Origin: Candidatus Omnitrophota bacterium
GTDB taxonomy: Bacteria; Omnitrophota; Gorgyraeia; Zapsychrales; Fredricksoniimonadaceae
DNA: 64,000 nt
Assembly (NCBI GenBank): GCA_015232565.1
Contig: JADFZK010000002.1
Coordinates: 57 to 64,056 of the forward strand
Direction: 5' to 3'
A model generated the notes under the pieces. The model saw nothing but the letters and a program-made list of their open reading frames with translations. It was not told where the DNA came from and did no database searches. Made by a program: the position numbers and the translations under genes. How positions within the stretch are numbered: position 1 is the first letter of the stretch; every line of letters begins with the position of its first letter. This document shows, in pieces, positions 30,274 to 39,616 of this stretch.

Positions 30274-31470
30274 ATGCCATCTGATCAATTCGACTACATT
30301 ATCATTGGCGCCGGCATAATCGGGCTTTCTATCGCCAGGACGATCAAGGCCGAGCGGCCAACGTCAGCAGTATTGATCCTGGAGAAAGAAGCCGATATCG
30401 GGGCGCATTCTTCCGGGCGGAACAGCGGGGTATTGCATGGCGGGTTTTATTACACCGCCAATAGCCTGAAAGCCCGTTTTACTGTTGATGGTAACCGGTT
30501 GATGAAAGACTTCTGCCGTCAGAAAGGCATTGCTTTTAATGATTGCGGCAAACTGGTTGTGGCCATGGATGACCATGAACTGGAGCAATTATACGAACTG
30601 GAGCGTCGGGGCATTCGCAATGGTTCCAACATCCGCCTGATATCTGACGCGCAAGCCCGGGAAATGGAGCCGGCGGTATTTACGCATAAGAAAGCGCTGT
30701 ATTCACCGGAAACCGCCAGCCTGGACCCCAAAGAGGTTTTACAGGCTTTAAAAACCGACCTGTTGTCCAAGGGAGTGCAGATCTGGTTTAATGCCAAATA
30801 TATCAGCCATCAGGGGAATACGGTATGTACCACCAGGGGCAATGCCCAGGCGGGCAAGTTGATCAATTGTGCCGGCCTTTATGCCGATAAAGTCGCCCAG
30901 GACTACGGGTTTGGCCGTAAGTACACCATGATCCCTTTTAAGGGCTTGTACCTTAAATACGCCAAGAACAAGACCGATGTAAAGATGAATATTTATCCGG
31001 TGCCCAATCTTAAGAATCCTTTCCTGGGCGTGCATTATACCAAGACTGTTGACGGTACAATAAAGATCGGCCCCACCGCTATCCCTGCGTTCTGGCGCGA
31101 GAATTATACTTTGCGGGAAGGGTTCAATCTGGCAGAAATGCTAGAAGCTGGGTGGTACGAAGCCAAGCTGTTTACGACCAATGCCTTTGGTTTTCGCGAC
31201 CTGGCCTTTGAAGAGATGGCCAAATATAATAAAGAGCATTTCATCAGTTTGGCGGTCAAGATGGTGCCGGTTGACCCGAAAGGTTTTGGTGAATTTACCC
31301 GCCCTGGTATCCGGGCGCAGTTGCTGGACAAGACCACGTCGCTGTTGGTCCAGGATTTTGTCGTGGAAGCCGATAAGGCCTCGGTACATGTGCTAAATGC
31401 GGTTTCTCCCGCCTTTACCTGTGCGTTTCCCTTTGCGCAGTTTGTGTGGCGTGAGTACATTAATAAATAG
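30274..31470 (+). CDS. lhgO: L-2-hydroxyglutarate oxidase family FAD oxidoreductase
   Basis: GAGIIG, SSGRNSGVLH, YPVPN..NPFLGVH, GIRAQ and NAVSPAFT motifs. Confidence 0.85.
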   Translation: MPSDQFDYIIIGAGIIGLSIARTIKAERPTSAVLILEKEADIGAHSSGRNSGVLHGGFYYTANSLKARFTVDGNRLMKDFCRQKGIAFNDCGKLVVAMDDHELEQLYELERRGIRNGSNIRLISDAQAREMEPAVFTHKKALYSPETASLDPKEVLQALKTDLLSKGVQIWFNAKYISHQGNTVCTTRGNAQAGKLINCAGLYADKVAQDYGFGRKYTMIPFKGLYLKYAKNKTDVKMNIYPVPNLKNPFLGVHYTKTVDGTIKIGPTAIPAFWRENYTLREGFNLAEMLEAGWYEAKLFTTNAFGFRDLAFEEMAKYNKEHFISLAVKMVPVDPKGFGEFTRPGIRAQLLDKTTSLLVQDFVVEADKASVHVLNAVSPAFTCAFPFAQFVWREYINK

Positions 31471-31563
31471 CTTCAGAAATGATAATTATATAAATGTCTT
31501 GTCGTCTTTCTCCGGAAGAAGTAAGATAATGGCAAGTTAACAATTTTAATAAACGGAGGTAAT

Positions 31564-31731
31564 ATGGGTTTTCAAAATGGTGGTGGTAAGTACGACGGAC
31601 GTCCCAGAGAGATGCACAAGGTAACTTGTTCTGATTGCAACAAGGAAACCGAAGTTCCTTTCAAGCCCACCGGGGATCGTCCGGTTTATTGTAAGGATTG
31701 TTTCTCCAAGCGCAAAGAGACCAGCCGTTAA
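31564..31731 (+). CDS. CxxC-x17-CxxC domain small protein (55 aa, not in the ORF track)
   Basis: my translation: MGFQNGGGKYDGRPREMHKVTCSDCNKETEVPFKPTGDRPVYCKDCFSKRKETSR; strong GGAGGT RBS. Confidence 0.92.
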   Translation: MGFQNGGGKYDGRPREMHKVTCSDCNKETEVPFKPTGDRPVYCKDCFSKRKETSR

Positions 31732-31780
31732 TTAGTTTCAATACTGATAACAAGGTTCACTCGTATGTGAATGGATTATA

Positions 31781-31818
31781 AAAAGCCTGGAAGAGGTTGT
31801 TCTTCCAGGCTTTTCTTT
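31781..31818 (+). terminator. intrinsic terminator
   Basis: AAAAGCCTGGAAGA-ggttgt-TCTTCCAGGCTTTT followed by CTTT. Confidence 0.85.
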
Positions 31819-31865
31819 AGGTCTGCAATACATTCAATCTTTTAAAAGCGAAAGCCCTTGATAAC

Positions 31866-32969
31866 ATGGGACAATCAAATCGAAATATCTTTGTGGCGGC
31901 TACCCGGCAGAACGATGGCAAGACCATGGTTGCTCTGGGTTTGCTCCGTTCTTTATTGAACCGTTTTGGTAATGTGGGGTACATAAAGCCGGTAGGCCAG
32001 CAATTTCACTTGATCGACGGGGAACAGATCGATAAGGATGTGGTGCTGATGCAGGCAGTATATAAATTGAGTGGCAACCTGAAAGACATGAGCCCGATCG
32101 CTGTTCCGCCGGGTTTCACCGAAACCTATATTATGCATCCTGACCGGGATGCCCTGCAGCAAAAAGTTAGCGCTTCTTTTAACAGGGTAGCCGAGGGGAA
32201 AGAGGCCGTGGTCATTGAAGGCACCGGGCATGCCGGTGTGGGGGCGGTCTTTGATATGTCGAACGCCGAGGTGGCCCGGCTTTTGGGCGCTTCGGTTATT
32301 CTGGTTAGTTGCGGCGGCATCGGCCGGCCAATTGACGAGATCATGTTGAACAAATCCATGTTTGATGCCAAAGGAGTGAAGGTGTTGGGCGCGATAATCA
32401 ACAAGGTTCGCGCTGACAAGTTCGATAAGGTTGCTCCGGTGGTCAGCCGCGGGCTGGCCAACCAGGGGATCGAGGTCCTGGGGGTGGTACCGCATAATGA
32501 AGTGCTGGCCGACCCGACTCTGCAGGAATTGCTGGAAGAAACCAATGGTGAATTATTGTGCGGGAAGGGCGCTTTGGATAATACGGTGAGCCGGATCGTG
32601 GTGGGCGCTATGCCTCCGCATGAAGTGCTGGACTATTTGGGACCTGGCACTTTACTGATCACCCCCGGAAACCGCGAGGATATTATTTTAGCCGCTATGA
32701 GCGGATCATTGCCCGGGGTTACCCAAAACTTTTGTGTTGCCGGGATATTGTTGACTTGCGGGATAATGCCGCACAAGAATGTTATGCGTCTTATCAAGGA
32801 CCTGCCGATCCCGATCATTCTGGTTAAAGAAGACACTTTTTCGGCCGCCTCAAAGGTCGACAATTTAATTGTAAAGATCCGTCCGCATGCTCAAAAGAAG
32901 ATCCATGAGATCGAGCATCTGGTGGAACAATATGTGGATATTGGCAAAATTTTAGATTTGCTTAAGTAA
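31866..32969 (+). CDS. stand-alone BioD-like P-loop + DRTGG protein (Pta N-terminal-like)
   Basis: QNDGKT, YIKPVG, IEGTGH, SNAEVA, IINKV and ITPGNREDI motifs; no Pta catalytic domain. Confidence 0.82.
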   Translation: MGQSNRNIFVAATRQNDGKTMVALGLLRSLLNRFGNVGYIKPVGQQFHLIDGEQIDKDVVLMQAVYKLSGNLKDMSPIAVPPGFTETYIMHPDRDALQQKVSASFNRVAEGKEAVVIEGTGHAGVGAVFDMSNAEVARLLGASVILVSCGGIGRPIDEIMLNKSMFDAKGVKVLGAIINKVRADKFDKVAPVVSRGLANQGIEVLGVVPHNEVLADPTLQELLEETNGELLCGKGALDNTVSRIVVGAMPPHEVLDYLGPGTLLITPGNREDIILAAMSGSLPGVTQNFCVAGILLTCGIMPHKNVMRLIKDLPIPIILVKEDTFSAASKVDNLIVKIRPHAQKKIHEIEHLVEQYVDIGKILDLLK

Positions 32970-33011
32970 TAAGCGAACGTTGCGCTAAGATTGGGTAATT
33001 TCTCATAATTT

Positions 33012-33172
33012 TGGAGTTGTGTCTTTAATGTTTCTTTACATTTGAAGAGCAATAGAAAATCGAAAATAGACCGCAATGGAGCCTAAATGTTTAATTATTT
33101 CTCTATTTTCGATTGCTCCATTGCTCCAGTGTGGTGATTCAAATGTAAAGAAATATATTTATCACCACACTA
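33012..33172. repeat. dispersed palindromic MITE-like element, copy 2
   Basis: highly similar to 2780-2938; perfect 16-bp inverted repeat 33031-33046/33138-33153; inner stem 33058-33070/33102-33114; terminal hairpin 33128-33138/33161-33171. Confidence 0.8.
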
Positions 33173-33185
33173 TAGGGAGAAGGCA

Positions 33186-34271
33186 ATGAGTACTCGGGTG
33201 ACATTATTGGCGGGCGACGGGATCGGCCCGGAAGTGGCTTTGGCTATGAAGAAATGCGTGGATGCCACCAAGGTCAAGATCGACTGGGAAGAACTGTGTG
33301 TGGGCGCTCCGGCGATCGCCCAATTCGGCACGCCTTTGCCGCAGGCGGCAATAGATTCCATTAAAAAGAACAAAGTGGCGATCAAAGGCCCGATAGAGAC
33401 CCCGGTTGGCAAAGGGTTTCGTTCGGTTAATGTGCAATTACGCCAGGAGCTCGACCTCTACGCTTGTGTTCGCCCGGCGCGATATATTGAAGGTACCCGG
33501 GCGGTAAATACCAAAGTTAACCTTACCATTATCCGTGAAAACACCGAAGACTTGTATGCGGGTGTGGAGTTCGACCTTTATTCGGATGCGGCTAAGCATC
33601 TTATTAAGGAGATAAATTCCCTTTCCAAAAAGCAGGTTCGCGAAGATTCCGCGATATCTATTAAACCTATTTCGGTATTCGGCTCGGAGCGGATCATTCG
33701 TTATGCTTTTGAGTATGCATTAAAAAGCGGCCGTCAGAAAGTTTCCCTGGTCCATAAGGCCAATATCATGAAGTTCACCGACGGTTTATTCTTGCATACC
33801 GGCCAGAAGATCGCGCAGGAATACGCGGGTCGGGTGGCTTTTGAAGATGTGATCGTTGACAATATGTGTATGCAGTTGGTGCAAAAACCCGAGTTGTACG
33901 ATGTGCTGGTCCTGCCAAATCTATATGGGGATATTGTCTCTGATCTGTGCGCCGGCCTGGTTGGCGGCCTGGGCATCGCTCCGGGTGCCAATATTGGCAC
34001 CAACGCGGCTCTTTTCGAGCCGGTTCATGGCTCGGCGCCCAAGTACGCAGGCCAGAACAAAGTTAATCCCACGGCTACTATCCTCTCGGGGATAATGATG
34101 CTGGAACATATCGGCGAGTCTTCCACGGCTGCGGCTTTGGAAAGGGCGCTGCTTGCGGTAATAAAAGAAGGAGTTGATGTCACTTACGACCTGAAAGCCG
34201 ATCGTAATGATACCACTGCGGTAGGTACTCAGGAAATGGCCGAGGCGGTTTGTCGGAAATTGCGTAATTAA
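33186..34271 (+). CDS. icd: isocitrate/isopropylmalate dehydrogenase family, probably isocitrate dehydrogenase
   Basis: [40 protein letters not shown] and [11 protein letters not shown] motifs. Confidence 0.85.
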   Translation: MSTRVTLLAGDGIGPEVALAMKKCVDATKVKIDWEELCVGAPAIAQFGTPLPQAAIDSIKKNKVAIKGPIETPVGKGFRSVNVQLRQELDLYACVRPARYIEGTRAVNTKVNLTIIRENTEDLYAGVEFDLYSDAAKHLIKEINSLSKKQVREDSAISIKPISVFGSERIIRYAFEYALKSGRQKVSLVHKANIMKFTDGLFLHTGQKIAQEYAGRVAFEDVIVDNMCMQLVQKPELYDVLVLPNLYGDIVSDLCAGLVGGLGIAPGANIGTNAALFEPVHGSAPKYAGQNKVNPTATILSGIMMLEHIGESSTAAALERALLAVIKEGVDVTYDLKADRNDTTAVGTQEMAEAVCRKLRN

Positions 34272-34301
34272 ACTCTTTCTAAGAATACGAAAAGGTAATT
34301 A

Positions 34302-35633
34302 ATGGACCCGTTAGTATTATCCCGCTGGCAGTTTGCAATAACGACTTCTTATCATTTTCTGTTCGTGCCATTATCGGTTGGGCTGGGACTGCTGGTGGCT
34401 ATAATGGAAACTTTGTACATGAACCGGCGGCGGGAGATTTATCGGCGCATGGCTGTATACTGGGGGCATTTCTTTCTGATTAGTGTAGCGATGGGGGTGG
34501 TAACCGGCATTGTCCTGGAATTTCAGTTTGGCCTTAACTGGGCCCGTTTTTCCCGGTATGTCGGAGATGTCTTTGGCCCTCCGCTGGCTATCGAATCCTG
34601 GGCGGCTTTCTTTCTGGAGTCGGTTTTTATCGGGGTCTGGCTCTACGGGCGCAAGGCCCTTTCGATCAGGATGCAGGTTTTCTCGATCTGGATGGTTACT
34701 TTGGGAGCGATGCTCTCGGCGTTCTGGATAATAAGTGCCAATGCGTTCATGCAGGAACCGGCGGGATATGTTCTACGCAACAATCGTGTTGAGCTGGTGA
34801 ACTTTCTGGCGGTAGCCTTGAATCACAAGGCGCTTTATATGTGCGGGCATACGATCCTGGCATGTATTGTAACTACCTCGTTCTTTGTCCTCGGTGTTTG
34901 TGCCTGGCACTTCTTGCGTAACACAGCAGAACAGGATTTCTTCCGGCGTTCGATGAAGTTGGCAATCTTAACCGGGCTGGTGTCTTTGCTCGGGGTTATT
35001 GTGCTTGGTCATTTTATGGCCCGGGATATGGCGCAACATCAGCCAATGAAACTGGCGGCGGCGGAAGCCATCTGGGAAACCAGGACTGATGGCCGGGAGT
35101 CTTTGTTCGCGGTAATCGATGAGCCAGCCCGGCGGAACAAAGTGGATATTACCGTGCCCTGGCTTTTAAATGTTATGGTCTTCGACAGTCTTCAAGGGAC
35201 TATCAAGGGAATGAAGCCGCTTCAGGAAGAGCAAGTCGTTTTGTCTGGCCCCGGCAATTATATTCCTCCGGTGACATTAACCTACTGGTCGTTCCGGTTG
35301 ATGATCTTCTCCGGCATTACTATGTTACTGCTTTTGCTGGTTCTGGCGGTGACTGTTTTTCGCAGAAAGATCGTTTTACCGCGCTGGTTCCAGTGGGCTC
35401 TTATAGCGGCGGTGATGCTTCCGCACATAGCCAATATAACCGGTTGGATCGTTACTGAAGTCGGCCGGCAACCCTGGGCTGTTTACGGGTTATTGCTTAC
35501 CAGTGCCGGGTCAACTGCCGGACTCGCCGCCGCAACGGCTTTATCTTCGCTGATCCTTTTTACCTTGATCTATACTGTGCTGGCATTTATTGCCGCTTCG
35601 TTAATTATCCGTCAAATTAAAAAAGGGCCTTAA
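34302..35633 (+). CDS. cydA: cytochrome bd ubiquinol oxidase subunit I
   Basis: SRWQFA..HFLFVP, QPMKLAAAE, FRLM and GWIVTEVGRQPW motifs. Confidence 0.95.
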   Translation: MDPLVLSRWQFAITTSYHFLFVPLSVGLGLLVAIMETLYMNRRREIYRRMAVYWGHFFLISVAMGVVTGIVLEFQFGLNWARFSRYVGDVFGPPLAIESWAAFFLESVFIGVWLYGRKALSIRMQVFSIWMVTLGAMLSAFWIISANAFMQEPAGYVLRNNRVELVNFLAVALNHKALYMCGHTILACIVTTSFFVLGVCAWHFLRNTAEQDFFRRSMKLAILTGLVSLLGVIVLGHFMARDMAQHQPMKLAAAEAIWETRTDGRESLFAVIDEPARRNKVDITVPWLLNVMVFDSLQGTIKGMKPLQEEQVVLSGPGNYIPPVTLTYWSFRLMIFSGITMLLLLLVLAVTVFRRKIVLPRWFQWALIAAVMLPHIANITGWIVTEVGRQPWAVYGLLLTSAGSTAGLAAATALSSLILFTLIYTVLAFIAASLIIRQIKKGP

Positions 35634-35635
35634 CG

Positions 35636-36637
35636 ATGGACCTGCCAACCTTCTGGTTTATTATTGTTGCCTGGCTGTTGGCCGGGTTCTTTTTCCTCGA
35701 AGGTTTTGACTACGGGGTGGGCATGCTGCTGCCATTTCTATCCAAAGAGGAAGCCCAGCGGCGGATGATCATAAGTTCTATCGGCGGGGTATGGGATGGC
35801 AATGAGGTTTGGATGGTCTCGGCCGGCGCGGTGCTCTTTGCTTCTTTTCCTTCCTGGTACGCTACGCTTTTTAGCAGTTTATATATCGTGTTCACCTTGA
35901 TCTTATGTGGGCTGATCCTGCGCGGCATTGGTATCAAGTTTCGCAATCTTCGTGAAGACCACCGTTGGCGTGCGGTTTGGGACTGGTTGATCTGTACGGG
36001 CAGTTTTACTGCGGCTTTCTTTTGGGGTGTGGTCGTTGGTGATCTTTTGCAAGGTTTGCCTATCACTGACCAACAGGTTTTTGCGGGAGGGATCCGGGAC
36101 ATATTTACGCCGTTTAGCCTGACCGCCGCCCTGGCGGTGGTCTCTTTGTTCCTTCTGCACGGAGCAGTTTATCTTAATATCAAGCTTTCCGGCGACGTAT
36201 TAGGCAAATTAAAAAGACTGCTTCCGATTATATTCCTGGTCGCCTTGCTTATGGCCGCTGTTTTCCTGCTACTGGGGTATTTGCGTTTGGGGATGTTGTG
36301 TTCGCCTGCCGAATTGATCCTGGCTGGCCTGGCCGTTGCGGCTTTAATTGCTTGCGGGATATCTATACTGCGGAAGGCGGATCTGACAGCCTTCTGGGCC
36401 AGTGGAACTGTTATTCTTTTGATCGTTAGCCTGGTCTTTACTTTTTTGTATCCCCGGGTTTTGATCTCTACCCTTGATCCGCGCTGGACTTTGACAGTGC
36501 AAAATGCCAGCTCCTCGCCGTATTCCCTCAAGGTAATGAGTGTGGTGGCGATTTTCTTTATACCGACCACACTCTTATATCAAGCCTGGACCTACTGGGT
36601 CCTGCGCAAGCGGGTCGAACATTCAGATCGTTATTAG
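35636..36637 (+). CDS. cydB: cytochrome bd ubiquinol oxidase subunit II
   Basis: EGFDYGVG, WDGNEVW, FPSWY and NASSSPYSL motifs. Confidence 0.95.
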   Translation: MDLPTFWFIIVAWLLAGFFFLEGFDYGVGMLLPFLSKEEAQRRMIISSIGGVWDGNEVWMVSAGAVLFASFPSWYATLFSSLYIVFTLILCGLILRGIGIKFRNLREDHRWRAVWDWLICTGSFTAAFFWGVVVGDLLQGLPITDQQVFAGGIRDIFTPFSLTAALAVVSLFLLHGAVYLNIKLSGDVLGKLKRLLPIIFLVALLMAAVFLLLGYLRLGMLCSPAELILAGLAVAALIACGISILRKADLTAFWASGTVILLIVSLVFTFLYPRVLISTLDPRWTLTVQNASSSPYSLKVMSVVAIFFIPTTLLYQAWTYWVLRKRVEHSDRY

Positions 36638-36765
36638 TTTATTGTAACTTTTTATAAACGACCCGGTCAAATATATTTGTTCCGTTATTGTCCCGTTTGC
36701 TATATATTCTTATCTTTATATATCCGCTTCTGTGATTAATTAAGACGCTTTTACGGAGATCTGCA

Positions 36766-37836
36766 ATGCCTTTGGTATTGGTTGGCGTAAATCATAAAAC
36801 TTGCCCGCTTGAAGTCAGAGAAAAGTTCTTTATTCAATCTGTCGAAAAAGACCTTCTATTGGCCGAGTTCCGCAATGACCCCCGGGTCTTGGCCGCAATA
36901 GTCCTTTCTACTTGTAATCGTACGGAAATTTATGCCGACCTGCTTACCGCGGACCCGGCGATCATTCTGGATCGTTTCCTTTCAGTCAAAGGGCTTTCGC
37001 TGTCCGCAGGACTGGCTGATTATTTTTATGTGCGTACCGAACAGCAAATGGTGGACCATCTTTTTCGGGTTGTGAATGGCCTGGATTCCATGATCCTGGG
37101 TGAGAAACAGATCCTGGGCCAGGTGAAATGCGCGGTAAGCTGGTCGCAACAGAAGCAGATGATGAACCGGACTTTTAATATCCTGGCGAATTTGGCTATT
37201 GAAACCGGCAAGAAAGTGCGCCGGGATACATTAATTGATTTTGGGGGGTCTTCGATCTCGTGGGCGGCGGTTACCGAGGCCCAGAATATTCTGGGCACCC
37301 TGGAGGGCAAGACCGTCTTGGTGCTGGGTTCCGGGAAAATGGGCTTTCTGGCAGTGCAGGAACTTAAGAATAAAGGGGTCGGCAAGATCTTCATAATGAA
37401 CCGCACTTTTGATAAAGCCGAGGAACTGGCTTCCCAATGCGGGGCAGAAGCGGTTATGTTCTGGCAGATCAAAGAAGTTCTGGAAGAATCCGATGTGTGC
37501 ATTTGTTCGACTGGCGCTCCGCATTATCTGGTGGATAAAGCTCTTATGCAACAAGTCATGGCGGCCCGGCCAAACAGAAGATTCGCCGCTATCGATATAG
37601 CAGTGCCTCGTAACATTGACCCTCACGCCTCACTGGTGCCGGGAGTCACTTTGGTATCCGTGGATGGCCTTTCGCAGACAGTTCTGGATACTAAAGCCAA
37701 ACGGCTGGCGGCAGTGGAACAGGCCGAACAGATCATCGCGATCAAGATCAATGAATTCTATAAAACCCTGGATAAAGCGGCCGCGTTCGATTCTTTGAAT
37801 ATCACTCGGCTAACCAGTGAGGCTTACAGCGAATGA
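36766..37836 (+). CDS. hemA: glutamyl-tRNA reductase (short C-terminus)
   Basis: GVNHKT, STCNRTE, GLDSMILGEKQILGQ and DIAVPRNID motifs. Confidence 0.93.
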   Translation: MPLVLVGVNHKTCPLEVREKFFIQSVEKDLLLAEFRNDPRVLAAIVLSTCNRTEIYADLLTADPAIILDRFLSVKGLSLSAGLADYFYVRTEQQMVDHLFRVVNGLDSMILGEKQILGQVKCAVSWSQQKQMMNRTFNILANLAIETGKKVRRDTLIDFGGSSISWAAVTEAQNILGTLEGKTVLVLGSGKMGFLAVQELKNKGVGKIFIMNRTFDKAEELASQCGAEAVMFWQIKEVLEESDVCICSTGAPHYLVDKALMQQVMAARPNRRFAAIDIAVPRNIDPHASLVPGVTLVSVDGLSQTVLDTKAKRLAAVEQAEQIIAIKINEFYKTLDKAAAFDSLNITRLTSEAYSE

Positions 37837-39608
37837 CAAGCATAATAAAGAAATTGGGTTCAGTAGGGTTTACAGTACTCATCAGTGCGGGTCTGATCCT
37901 GCTTTTGATCATTTCCACCTCGCTGGAAGCTGTTAACGGCACTCCTTTTGCGCAAAAGATGTTCTATAACACTAAATGGTTTGATCTGGTTATTTCTCTG
38001 TTGTGGATCAATATCTTTTGCTCAACGCTGGTAAGGTTCCCTTTTAAGAAAGCGCATATAGGGTTCTTGATAACTCATATAGGTATTTTGGGCCTTCTGG
38101 CGGGCGCGCTAATTACCAGGACACATAGTATCGAAGGCGAGATGGCGGTTTTCGTTGGGCAGACTGCCGATACCATGATTCAGGATGGCCATGATCTGGT
38201 CATTTATTATCCTAATCAAGACAGTTCGCGTTTTGATCTTAAGAAAGGTGCCTTACAGTTTGATCTTACCAAAGAACGTTTGAATGCCGCTGTGCCTTTT
38301 TGTCCCTTAACAAAAAAGGCTCGCCCTCAAACTAACGGCGACTCAGCAGATCTGGTTAATTTTACGATCAATGAGATCCTTTTGCACGCCGCCGAGAAGA
38401 AAACAATTACACCGGCCATCAGCGGCCCGGTCAATCATGCCATCAAAATTAAAGTCTCCAGTAAACAACTGGCTCAAAATTCTGTTCAATGGCTTGTTGA
38501 ACGTGAACCGGGCAGTGTTGTTACTGCGGATACTGTTATGCTGGGCCCGATACGTACTATTCTGCGGCGTAAGATCTTAACTTCATCCACGGTGGTTGTG
38601 CCGACTCTGCGGATAATGGACCGGGCGGGCAAAGCGCTTATTTCAATTGATATTACTACCGGAGCCTTGCCTAAAAAGATCACCATACCCAAAACCCGTA
38701 TGGTGATCAAGGACCTGACGTATTTTCCTTATGCTTCCGTAGTGGATAAAAAGATCATTAATTTCCCCGAGGGTCAGAAACTTAACCCGGCAGTAGTGTA
38801 TTTTCTGGTAGACGCTCGTGGGGTCGAGACCCGGCAGGTAAAGTTTGCCTACTATCCTGATTTTGAAACCCTGCCTCCGCAAGGCAGTAAGCGATCTGCG
38901 GAACTTCAGGTGCGTTTTTCAGCCGGTGATCCCGAGGATTCCCGGGACCTTTTTGACGGTTTGCAGGTCGGCTTTTCTTACGGCGATAAAGACCTTTGGC
39001 GTTATCAGACCACATATCAGAATAAAGTGCTCAAGGCAGGCGATGTCACTATTGGTAATTGCCTTTCTACCGGCTGGAACGATGTGGAGTTCTGCGTGCA
39101 GGAACTTTCCACCCATGCCACTGTGACTTACGATATTGTTCCGACCAGCGATGTTAACGGCCCGCTGGCAGTTTCGGTGAGTGTGCCGGCATCCGGGAAT
39201 GACAAGATATGGTTATTCGAGGATAAGTTAACCCCGGTCCATTTAACCAAAGGCGACGTTAACTTCGGATTGGAACCCCGGATGTTCACGGTTCCTTTCT
39301 CAGTTACCTTAAAACAATTCCGTAAGATCGATTATCCGGGCACTTTTGACGCGGCCGGATTTGAAAGTGATGTGATCTTAAAAGATCAAAAACGCGGTAT
39401 TACTATTGAGCGGACTATCAGCATGAATCATCCTTTGGAATATGATGGCTTTAAGCTTTTTCAATCTTCTTATTTTACGGATCCTCAGTACGGGCAAGCT
39501 TCGGTTTTTACCGTGGCCCGGAATCCGGGCATTCCCTGGATTTATATCAGCTCAGTTCTGGCCTTGCTGGGGGCGGTTATACTGTTCTACTGGCCTAAAA
39601 AGGAATAA
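37833..39608 (+). CDS. cytochrome c biogenesis protein, ResB/CcsB-like
   Basis: three N-terminal TMs with THIG, large periplasmic domain, ISMNHPL..GFKLFQSS, NPG then a terminal TM. Confidence 0.8.
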   Translation: MTSIIKKLGSVGFTVLISAGLILLLIISTSLEAVNGTPFAQKMFYNTKWFDLVISLLWINIFCSTLVRFPFKKAHIGFLITHIGILGLLAGALITRTHSIEGEMAVFVGQTADTMIQDGHDLVIYYPNQDSSRFDLKKGALQFDLTKERLNAAVPFCPLTKKARPQTNGDSADLVNFTINEILLHAAEKKTITPAISGPVNHAIKIKVSSKQLAQNSVQWLVEREPGSVVTADTVMLGPIRTILRRKILTSSTVVVPTLRIMDRAGKALISIDITTGALPKKITIPKTRMVIKDLTYFPYASVVDKKIINFPEGQKLNPAVVYFLVDARGVETRQVKFAYYPDFETLPPQGSKRSAELQVRFSAGDPEDSRDLFDGLQVGFSYGDKDLWRYQTTYQNKVLKAGDVTIGNCLSTGWNDVEFCVQELSTHATVTYDIVPTSDVNGPLAVSVSVPASGNDKIWLFEDKLTPVHLTKGDVNFGLEPRMFTVPFSVTLKQFRKIDYPGTFDAAGFESDVILKDQKRGITIERTISMNHPLEYDGFKLFQSSYFTDPQYGQASVFTVARNPGIPWIYISSVLALLGAVILFYWPKKE

Positions 39609-39616
39609 GTCTAACA

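Noticed and set aside
36640-36720. Possible Rex or FNR operator before hemA (TTGTAACTTTTTATAAA)
   Set aside because: Too many mismatches to TTGTGAA-N4-TTCACAA in an AT-rich spacer
36638-36765. Small cydX/cydS gene after cydB
   Set aside because: No convincing short hydrophobic ORF with an RBS in the spacer
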